From positions 4,302,327 through 4,366,326 of the forward strand of contig MU061579.1 of NCBI GenBank assembly GCA_013265495.1: DNA of 64,000 bases, read 5' to 3'. Each line of letters begins with the position of its first letter. The stretch's first letter is position 1. The notes beneath the pieces are model-generated. The model did not search any database. It was not told the DNA's origin and saw only the letters and a list, made by a program, of their open reading frames with translations. The position numbers were made by a program, and so were the translations under genes. Source of the DNA: Vicugna vicugna (taxonomy: Eukaryota). Below are positions 54,240 through 64,000 of the stretch, piece by piece.

Positions 54240-54852
54240 CTCTAGTAGTTTCTCATTGCTCTGTTCAAATTGCTACAAACGTAGTGGCCTAAAAGAACAT
54301 AAACTTACTCTCTTGTCAGACATTGAAATAAGTCTTACAGAATTAAAACCAAGGTGCTGTCAGGATTGGTCCTTTCTGAAGTCTCTAAGGGAGAATCCGT
54401 TTGCTCATTTTTTCCAGTTTTTAAGAGCAGCCCCCTTTGCATTCCTTGGTTCTTGGTCTTTTCTTCCATCTGCATAACCTGCAGCCTAGCATCGTCAAAT
54501 GTCTCTCTGCTTTCATCACCTCATCTCCTTCTCTCCTTCTCAACTCTTGCCTCCCTCTTATAAGGACCCCTGGGATTACACTGGGCCCACCTGTAAACTC
54601 CAAGATATTTCCTCATTTCAAGGTCCTTAACTTGAGACTTGGAAACCATCTTGTAGATGCTTGAAATACCAAAGAAATGTTCAAAATTTGTGTGACAATA
54701 AATAATAATCTGACACTTAGACTGAAAAAAGGGAAAAAAAAGATCTTTAACTTGTTACATCTACAAAATCTTTTGCCATCTAAGGTACATATTCACAGTT
54801 TCTGGAGATTAAGACTTAGATATCTTGCATGGCCATTACTCAGCCTACCCCA
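54240..54852 (-). mobile_element. MLT1D-like solo MaLR LTR, interrupted by a small retrocopy
   Basis: tagtttctcattgctctgttcaaattgctacaaacgtagtggcctaaaagaac...ctctaagggagaatccgttt...tcttataaggacccctgggattacactgggccc...[insert]...acatctacaaaatcttttgcc...cattactcagcctacc. Confidence 0.85.
54635..54739 (+). pseudogene. Tiny 5'-truncated retrocopy (3' end of an unidentified polyadenylated RNA)
   Basis: AATAAA at 54697-54702; A-rich tail 54725-54739; TSD aaggtccttaacttg (54620-54634) / aagatctttaacttg (54740-54754). Confidence 0.7.
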
Positions 54853-57800
54853 TACACTGATAAAAGTGATTCAGTAGGGAGGACAATTCTTGGTAAAGGA
54901 AAACAAAAAGAGAATCTGGGGGGCATGTCTGGAGTTGGCTAGAGGCTGTGGTATGTAGTACCCAAGTGAGATGTTTGGCATTAAATAGAAATCGGAATAG
55001 TTCATCAATAATAATAGGTGAGAAGGTAGCTTATATGCATATTGGTAGTGGTGGATAAATCGATATGGTGGAAATAAGTATATCTTCTTAGATTAGTAAG
55101 GCTTTATTGGTTACTAATCTGACTCTAACCTAGGTTGATGTGAACTAAACAATTTAGAAGCTATCTTACCAGCACTTTTCAAACAGTTCCATTGACATGT
55201 TAAGAATAAACTGGTTGAGTATCAGGTAACAAATAACAGGCAAGATAAAAATTTAGGTAATTGATGTGACACCAAGAAATGTTGCTTGGTACCCCTGCCC
55301 ATTACAGCACCTGTTTTCTGGGTTCCCTTAGCATTACCATTTTCTGTGCTCTTAATATTAAACAGTGAATTCATCCATAACAGTGCAGAGAAGGTATCTC
55401 ATTCAGCTAATAGCATAGATGAAATACTCAATACATGAAACAAGTCAATCTGTCCTATTGGATATTTTGTTTTGTTTGGTTTGTTTAAGTGGTTACATGG
55501 GTTGCCTTTCCCTAACAGCATATGGATTTCTTTTTTGGAGAATTTTCTTCCCAATATTGTATGCAGTCTCGATGGAATAGAAAATGAAGTGGCTCTACCC
55601 TACCCTTTCAGAGGTCTAAAAGGATCTGGAGGCTACATTGGCCATAAATGTCTTCTCATCATCCTGGTACAAGATGCAGTAGAGCAATAGAAAGAATGTA
55701 AATCCAAGCTCAGCCAAATTAACTAGTCTTATATCCTTCGTCTCCCTCCTCTGCCCCCAGGACAATGACTTTTTTAGCGCAGAGATTGAAGAGCAGGTAA
55801 AAACAAAAATAAAACAAGGGAGTCAGGTAGTGCATGTTCTATATTCCAATCTGTTTTCAAGTTAGAGAACTATCCAATAAATTCTATATGCTTCCTAATA
55901 TATTTCCAATACATTATGTTTTAATTAAAATTAGAGTTTAATTTTCTTTTGCTTGAGACCAAAGGACCCTAACTCATAGACTAATTTCAAGGGACTTCAG
56001 TCCTAGAGAAGTAGGACATATAATCAGACTATGTCTAAATGAACATCTCTATCAGTAGGGACTAGCAATCAGTCAAAATAGAATTTGAGCTGGACCCTGA
56101 GGCAATGTGGAATTGAATTCCTTTGAGTAGAGGTGGGTGAATATTACAGGTGTGGAAAACAAGGGACACACAGAGGGAATTCAGAATGGCAGCTTTGAGG
56201 GCTAAAGAGAAAACACTAGGTAAAGCAGAGGGCTCCCTTTGAGAAGTTGCCAAACCAATAGAATAAAAACTTGTTTAGAGTTTCAAAGTTGGCATTTGAA
56301 TACCAAGAAAGACTGTAGCCAAAAACATGTCTACCTATAAATCATTGGCTTGTTATAAACATAGGCAGTGATGCAGATCTTTAGGTTTGTAATAAAAAAT
56401 AAAATTAGATATAAAATATATCCAAATACATCTAAATATATTGTCTCTGATGGTATTGTAGGTGTTTGTGTAGGAACAGGTTGTACATCAGAGAGGAAAA
56501 AGAGAAGGAGAGAGAGAGGGATTCTAGTTCAAATCTCTTACTTTTCACAAAAGAGAAACATCTCAAAGAAAAGGAAGAGTATGGAGAGGATATTGATCAA
56601 CTAAAGAAACACATTATGTACTTTAATTATTTCTCTTATTCTAGAGTTTCATTAATCCTATAATGTAAATGCATTATTTAGTTTGTATTGATGAGGAAAA
56701 CAAAACACAGAAAGATTAACTAACTTGCTAAATTTCATGTAGCTGCTAAGTGGAAGAGCCACTTTTTCCAAGGTCAAACATTGATTAAGATGCTTAATTA
56801 GATTCTCTTGTTGGAAATTATGAAGGACATTCACATTTAGTCCCATAACCTTGTGCCAAACCAGGACTCAGAAATAAGACTGTAATATGACTTTGTGTGT
56901 TGTCTAATCCCCTTTGCTTCAAGTGTTCCTCAGTGTAAAATATGGAGATAATTAAGGCTAATGTTGGAATATAAAATTTCTAGATCAATTAGTAAAATAA
57001 TTAGGCATGAATTAAAAAGAAACAATTGTGTATGTTTCTGTAAAAATGTCCCCTCAATAAGTTCCAAATATCAGGTGCTGTTTTATCCACAGGTAAGCAA
57101 AAACCCTGATTTCCTCTTGTTTCACTTAAACTGAGCTTATTTTACTATAGGCGTATGTGAGTTATTATTCACTGTGATGTTTAATTAATTTCAGACTCTT
57201 CTCCACTGATATTTCTTTATGGTGTCACTTGAAGGACACCATGAGATTTTGATTTTAATTAAGTCATGATTCTGTTGCAGTCTTAAACTTGGATATTCCC
57301 ATTCAATTAATCTTGATCTTGTCCCCTAGACGAAATAAGTATATTATTTTTCAAAAGTTGCAAATCTCACAGGATCTCCTGTGGGAATACTGTATATAGA
57401 AATCATGTTTATGATTAATTTCTTTTGCATTACATTGAATGGTTTTTCTTTCATTGGAATGCCTATGCCAAACTTCCATTCAGTGAAATAAAGAATATGA
57501 CTGGCTTATTAAATGGAATTTTCATTCCTGAACGAAGGCTATGGATTTAATTAAATAACTCCAATATTTTAAAAAAAATTGTGTATGTGATTATCAGTAT
57601 TGGTTTTGATTATTTATGCTAGAATAGATGATAATTTGAAAACCAAAATGTTGTTGTAAATGTACTGTATTCTCCATTTGCTGATACATTACTAAAAGCC
57701 ATTTAGAAAAAAATAGCATAGGTATATATATATAAATCGACTAATTGCAAAATAACACTTCTTTCTGGACCTGTTTCTTTTAACTGCTTTTGTTAGGGGG

Positions 57801-58099
57801 GGAGCCTGACAGGTAATAGCTGGCATCACTCATTCTGTTCAAGAATGGAAAGATAATCATATGAACCAGTGACACTATTCCTCAATGAATAACAAAGTAA
57901 TTCATTGGGACTAAATTTATATGGACATATTTTTATAATTGTGTTGAATTTACTAGTTGGCAAATTGCATAAGGATAGTAAGCATGTCTGTGTTGTTCAC
58001 TACTATATCTCCATGTGCTTAATACTCACCTTTGTATACATTAAATATGAATAAATATTTGTTTATAATTTATAGGAAATATTTTCAGAAGTGAATAAG

Positions 58100-58950
58100 T
58101 TGGCTTCTGGCAAATTCTGGCCAGGACTTAGCCTCTATAAATACAATGCTTGAAGAAATATATAAGACAACAGTTTTTAGTCATTGGACAAAGGCAGTGT
58201 AAGACTATGATCCCTGAAAGAAAGAAATCTTATAAACTAAAACCTACCTGCCTGCCTCTCTGCCTGGGAATATTTTCCAACTTCAGGGCAGAGAGCTGGA
58301 GTCCAAGAGAGCAAGATGGGTCCACTGACCAAAGGAGGCAGAGATCGGCATTCATGGCTGAGAAGTATGACATGGGAGAGAATGGTGGTAGTACAAAGAA
58401 TTCAGTGCAAGTTGGGAGATGATCTGTATCATTTCTTCCCTAAAGGCTGGACTTAGTGTTTTTTAAGTCTTATCAAAGAGTGGCTGCTATGAGACTGAGA
58501 TAGAGAAATCCTAAATGATGAGCATATCTAGAAGGAACTGGAATTCCAGCTCGGCTAGAGAACAGAGACCTTGTTAACACCCTTGGGATTCAGCTGGAAC
58601 GTGAAATCCTTGTCTTAGGAGGAAGACCCACACCCTAGAGAAGGACTGCTTTTAGACCCTGCTCCAACAAAGCCCAAGCCAAGCCTTTACAAGATGTGTA
58701 AGCAAGATAGAGTTTGGAACCTTTAGGATAACTCCAGGATCCTCAGTCTATACAGTTGTGGTATACAAGTAAAACTACGACATAGGCGTGAAACTAGAAA
58801 CTGTGTACAATAGTCTCAACCCAAAACAAAACAAAATCTTTTCTAATATGTTATCTGACTACAGTGTAAAGTAGAAATAGATATCAAAAAGGACCTGGAC
58901 AACTAATTTTTAAAAGGATAATACATTATGGCCAAGTGGTTTATCCTATG
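58100..58950 (+). mobile_element. Ancient L1M 5'-region remnants
   Basis: cttctggcaaa...gaaatatataagacaacagtttttagtcattggacaaaggcagtgtaagactatgatccctgaaaga resembles old L1M 5' UTR; ORF2-like fragments lie near 58840-58950. Confidence 0.55.
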
Positions 58951-59414
58951 AAAAAAGTTTGTTTCAACTGAAGCAGTAATATTTATCAATTTATGACCAT
59001 GGCATATTATTTTGTCATAACCTTAAAGTTGATTTTTCCAGATTAGTTTTGAGTTTGAACAAATTTTCACACTTTGGCTTAATTTTGTAGACATTTTTAT
59101 AATCTGAAAAATAATCATTTGTTAATTTTACTTACATATTTCATTTCAGCTCATTTAAGGCTTTTATTTATGTTTCTAAATGGTGGCTTTTGACATACAG
59201 ATGTTACTTTTTTTTAAATAGAATTGTGATGATCAATATCTAGTGTTTTGGATTATATTTTCTGTGCCCTGTTTAAGAAACTCTCTTCTGTCCAGATGTC
59301 ATCAAGATCTTTTATGATAAATAAATTCAAAAATTTTGCTTTTCACAAAAAAGTTTTTAATTTACTGACTGACTCATTGCTTTTCTAATGACTTGTAATG
59401 TCTTTTTATCATAT

Positions 59415-59808
59415 ACTATATTTGTTTCCTATTGCTTCTGTAACAAATTACCATATACTTAGTCACTTAGAACAGTACAATTTATTGTCTTATAGTTCTG
59501 GAGTTCAGGAGTCCAAAATAGGTCTCAGTGGGCTAAAAAGTCAGTATGTCAGCAGAGCTGTGTTCCTTCTGGAGACTCTGGGGAGAATCTGTTTCCTTCT
59601 CTTTTCCAGGTTCTAGAGGCTGCCTTTATCCCTTGGCTTGTAGCCTCCTTCCAGCCAGCAGTTATATCCTCTGGGCCCCTGCTTCCATCATCACATCTCC
59701 TACTCTAACTCTTCTGTCTCCCTCTTTCACTTATAAGAACCCTTGTGATTATATTGGGTGAACCCAGATAGTACAGGACAATCTCCCCATCTCAAGATCC
59801 TTAACTGC
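59415..59808 (-). mobile_element. MLT1D-like MaLR LTR (lacking its 5' ~100 bp)
   Basis: tttcctattgcttctgtaacaaattaccatatacttagtcacttagaacag...ggagttcaggagtccaaaataggtctcagtgggctaaaa...aatctccccatctcaagatccttaact; paralogous to 54240-54852. Confidence 0.9.
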
Positions 59809-60044
59809 TTAAAATTTTCCTTTTATACATTTATTTTTATTTTTTATTATTTTTAATGTTACTGTTTTATCTGTTTTATGACTTTATAATGGTTTTTATG
59901 TTTATACACTTTTTGCATAGTTACAGTTTCAGTGTGTATTTGTTGAATATATTGAACACAAATATTTCAGACTTTTTCTTGGTGCTACCAAACAGCAATA
60001 ATAAAACGGCTTTTCTTTTTTTAAAAGCACTCTGCCTTTATTAA

Positions 60045-60580
60045 ATTTAGATTCCAGGAGGCAGACAATGAGTAAAATAAGTAAGATAGTGCTACATATT
60101 TAGAGAAAATTTAATCTCAAAAGAAAAGAAGAGAGTTGGGAGTTGGGTTACAGTTTTGGATTGGGTAGCAACAGAATCCTCACATAGAAGAGGACATTTG
60201 AGTAAATACTTGAAGGAATTAAGAGAGATTCCATCCCCTAAGAGTAGAAGGAACAGCAAGGAGGCTAGTGTGGCTTGAGGGATGCAAGCATAGGGACGAC
60301 AGAGGAGATGAAACCTGGGAGACAAGAGAGGTGGGACATATCATGTCGAACATTTGGAGCCAGTGCAAAGTTTTGGGGTTTTGTTGTTTGTGAACTAGAA
60401 AATTAATGAGAGACTCTGAGCAACGGTGTTAAATGAATTTTAGCCAGTTTCCTTTACCTGCTATGCTGAGATAAGTTCAGAGCGGACACTGGTGGAAGTA
60501 GTAGCATGATTTAGTTTTTGTTTCTAAAATTGATATAGAAGACGGTAGTGGCTTAGAATGAATTGTACTAGTGAAGGTAA
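60045..60580 (-). mobile_element. L2 remnant
   Basis: gacatttgagtaaatacttgaagga...gaacagcaaggaggctagtgtggcttgag...gacggtagtggcttagaatg. Confidence 0.75.
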
Positions 60581-60582
60581 TA

Positions 60583-60692
60583 TGACATAATTTATAGTCA
60601 TTTTTATACTGTTCCATTATCTCATGACATAATTTATAATCATTTGATATTGACATAATTTATAGTCATTTTTATATTGTTCCATTATCTTA
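60583..60692. repeat. Tandem 42-bp / 26-bp partial / 42-bp duplication
   Basis: tgacataatttatagtcatttttatactgttccattatctca (60583-60624), tgacataatttataatcatttgatat (60625-60650), tgacataatttatagtcatttttatattgttccattatctta (60651-60692). Confidence 0.9.
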
Positions 60693-62734
60693 TGTTTTTG
60701 AGAATCACAGTGCTAAGTTTTGTATTCATTGCTCTTACTGATTCTGGCTTATATTGGTTTGTAAGTTTTTAATGTGAATTCATTTTTAAGAGAGATTTCT
60801 TTTCCATCAGGGAATAAAATGTGGCTCAGGTTGTGGATATGTCCTTTCACAGATTTTGTTGTTTTGTTTCATTTTATTAATTCAGCCAAATGCCTTAAAG
60901 ACATCACTGTCAGGTTGAATTTTATGTTAATTTTTCCTTGGTATTTTTCTCCATCAAGATGGTTTGTAACTTAGACTTAAACCCCGTACTTAGCAAAAAA
61001 AGTTTTTGTTTCTCTGTTTCTCACAACAGATTTTTATTTGTACATCCAGAATTTGAGCAGAGACAAATGTTGTGCCATCTCCCTGAACCAACAAGTAAAC
61101 CTCTGCCAATTCTCCTTTTCTCGAAGGTACAATATTTCAGAAGTCCCACTTCTGTGCCAAGGTCTTGATTTCCACTATCCATCACAGTCACAGGGTCTGA
61201 TCTGTTTCCTTAGAGATTAAATTTAGATCCTTCCCACTCTCCCCTCCCCTCTCCCACACTGACCAGTGGCCCTGCATTGTCAGCCCGTAAGCTCACAGAT
61301 CTGTTGTTGTGTTCATTCTTCTTTTATGAAACCTAGGGATTTCTTTTTCTACAGTCACTTTTTGGTAGGATCGCTTAAAGAGTTTTGATATGCTATATTT
61401 TTTACTAGATTTTCCAATGTTTCTATGGAAGAGTTTTAAAATATGCTTATATTAGAGTGTCATCAGAGAGTACTTTAATTTTGTGTACTTCTATTTTTGA
61501 ATACAATATAACTACAGTAAAATTAATGTTGTTCCTGTTTGTATGCCTTGATCATTAAACACACATGTGCATATTGACATACATAAATTACTCCAAACAG
61601 AATACCTGCATGAAGAATTCTGCATGGTAACCAGTAACAATCCTGACCTCAAAAAAGGACTCCAAGCCAATGGCACCAGCCAAAGATCCTTGCAAAACAA
61701 TGAGATAGAGAGGAAACTACTAAATTCTTATACTATACACATATTCTTGTCCTTTATGATAAAAACAAAAATGAATGAATGAATATGTATATACATTTTA
61801 CTTGGTACATTTATTTTAAAAAGGAATGTTTACGTAGAAGCAAGTTGCATGGCAGAAAGGTTTGGGGAGAGATACTCCTTCATATTTTTAAGATGATTCA
61901 GCCGATGTTTTTATTGCCTTTGCCTAAAGCAAAGTAAGATGTAAACGCTGAAAAATATTGTCAATAACAAAATGCTATCAGCAGAATCAGGTTTTGGAGA
62001 AAGGTAGATAAAAAGTGAGGTAAAGTCATTTGCACAAAATGAAACAAGTTAAATAATGCTCTAATCTGAAAACTCCTGAAATAATAACTCTATGAAGACC
62101 AGAATGTTTGTTGTGTCTCCACCCTATCACTAAGATGAGTGTCTGGATAACATTAGACATTCAATAAATATTTGATAATGAATGGATTCTTGTATTATTT
62201 AGAAGGCATAGGATTGTGGGTGTTAATCGTGTCTTGAAAGTTAAAAATAAATGCACTTTAAGTTGTCTTCTATACTCAGAAACTTATAACTATTAAAAAG
62301 CAAATGGCAGAGAATAAGGAATATAATATAATGTTCACAGTTACCAGCTTCTTTATACCTACATATAGATGCTTAATTTACATAGTAACACTCTTACATT
62401 TACATTTTGGCCGAGGACAATTATAACAAATTAGTTCATATTTGAAAATAAATTATAGGAAAAAAACATTAAATATTTACTTTCATTGAAATTTTCAGAT
62501 GCAATGATGCTAAGCTAGAAATTCCAGGAAAACAATTCTTTAAGTCCATTCTCTCTCCCCTCTCAGCTTTTTCTTGAAAATCTATGTGATCATAATAGCA
62601 CATAAACTAAGATTCACAAACTATTGAATTGGTTTGAGAATTTTTAGTTCTGTCATTTATAGGAAGACTAAGTGGGAACTCTGCCTTGCATATTTTAGAA
62701 GATAAACTCTTATGCATAGTCCTCTTTTAGCTTA

Positions 62735-63128
62735 TTAGGAAGTAACATAAGGCATTGATCTAGTAGTGTCTGGGTGAATGTTTAACTGGCTTTCCAGAAA
62801 TACCAAGCCCTCTTGTATGGTGTTTGCCTTTTTCCACATCGTAAATGTTCCCACAGTGTTCCCTTTCGAGACCAGCGTGTCATCCATGAACACGGAGTTG
62901 GAAAGAGTTGTGTTCAACAGGCTCTTGAAGCCTGTGTGAGCTGTCACCATCTCACCAATATTGCTCTAGACAAGTAGTCAGGAACAGAGGCAGGAAAAAT
63001 GCAAAAAGCAGCGCATGCAAATTTTTAAAAACTGACTTTTCACTTACTTCATCTGAGCTAAATGTCATTTCAAGGCAGCAGACATAGATGAAATTTATTT
63101 TTCCACTATCAAAATAGTAGATCTTCAT
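62735..63128 (-). CDS. Hypothetical two-exon ORF (63128-63048 joined to 62965-62735; 103 aa), product unknown
   Basis: 82-nt intron with GAA/GTAAGT donor and a long pyrimidine tract ending TCTAG; frame is preserved across the join. GC3 is 35/54 over the first 54 codons of exon 2 (hand count). No protein recognised. Confidence 0.2.
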
Positions 63129-63482
63129 GAGAAGAACGTCTGACAGTCACTGAAAATTGCGAGTGAAGCTCTAGAAATTGCTTTACTCACTAGCAGGGTA
63201 TGTGAAAGGGAAAATACTGGAACCAAATGCATCATGAACAGACATAAGAAATTTTCATCTTGTCTCTTATGAAAGTATCACATTTAGAGAAAACTCTTCA
63301 ATAAATGGTAAGCAAACAAATAAATAGGACAAGGGATATGTGAAATTTACTAAACATAGAAAAAAAATAAAAGAATACCTAAATGAGAGTATGTCTGATT
63401 ATGATTGGAAATATAAAAGAAAAAGATATTACTGGACCTCTTAGCAGTGATAGTAACTCATAAATTCAATTAAAATTTATTT

Positions 63483-63635
63483 GGGGGGAGAGTATAGCTC
63501 ATTGGTAGAGCACATGCTTAGCATGCATGAGGACCAGGGTTCAATCCCCAGTACAGCCATTAAATAAATAAACAAACAAACAAACCTAATTACCTGCCCC
63601 CCAAATACATAAAGAAATAAATAAATATAAATAAA
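63483..63635 (+). mobile_element. tRNA-Ala-derived SINE (camelid Vic-1 type)
   Basis: ggggggagagtatagctcattggtagagcacatgcttagcatgcatgaggaccagggttcaatccccagtacagcca: A-box TAGCTCATTGG, AGC anticodon loop, B-box GGTTCAATCC; then A-rich/(AAAC)n, cctaattacctgcccccc and an A-rich tail. Confidence 0.9.
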
Positions 63636-64000
63636 GGATTGTTATTTAAAATTCAATTGTAGGAAATATTCCTGAAATAAAATAGATGTGCAATTAAAAC
63701 AGATTAATTGAAAATATCATGGTCTTCACATTTCTGTTTTAAAACATAAAATAGTCAAAATTTTATTTAATATAATAAATATTTGTTATGGAAAGTTTTT
63801 AATAACACAGGCATAAAGAAAGATCATTTTCTAAAAATGTTACCACTCAAGAGAAAACTGCTATTGACATTTTGCTTCTGTATTTTCTGTTGTTTTCCAT
63901 ATAAGGGGCTTAAAAGGAGGGCTTTGTGATCATATAGAATTCAACTAGAAACAAATTCTACCACTTGTTCAGTTACTTAACTCTCCATGTCTCACTTTTT

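Noticed and set aside
62860..62920. Plus-frame peptide VIHEHGVGKSC resembling a P-loop
   Set aside because: Lacks the first glycine of GxxxxGKS and is the antisense shadow of the minus-strand frame.
63483..63559. Apparent tRNA-Ala(AGC) gene
   Set aside because: Followed by a SINE body and A-rich tail, with imperfect stems; it is a SINE head.
1..64000. Most ORFs of 60-161 aa in the supplied track
   Set aside because: They lie within L1, L2, MIR or LTR remnants or low-complexity DNA, often have non-ATG starts, and resemble no protein I recognise. This is what chance gives in 64 kb.

Overview
AT-rich, CpG-depleted eutherian genomic DNA, most likely from a camelid (alpaca/llama/camel). The species call rests on a tRNA-Ala-derived SINE of the Vic-1 type at 63483 and several copies of one lineage-specific L1 3' end. 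I saw no ruminant Bov-type, pig PRE-1 or primate Alu SINEs. The window reads as a large intron or gene desert, and a large share is recognisable decayed transposon: L1 of several ages, L2, MIR, MaLR/ERVL LTRs and MER20. No ORF in the track matches a cellular protein I recognise; the only identifiable peptides are L1 ORF2 C-terminal remnants. I found no convincing new biological system. The most interesting leads are: (1) a CpG-retaining promoter-like patch at ~31.2-31.7 kb; (2) a minus-strand two-exon 103-codon ORF candidate at 62.7-63.1 kb with GC3 bias and a faint RT-like FMDD motif; (3) a ~105-nt orphan polyadenylated retrocopy with target-site duplication inside an MLT1D LTR; (4) a cluster of splice signals at ~41 kb, including a 9-nt microexon candidate; (5) a possible recursive-splice site; (6) two complex 'copy-partial-copy' duplications. 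Repeat subfamily names and most repeat boundaries were assigned by eye and are approximate.
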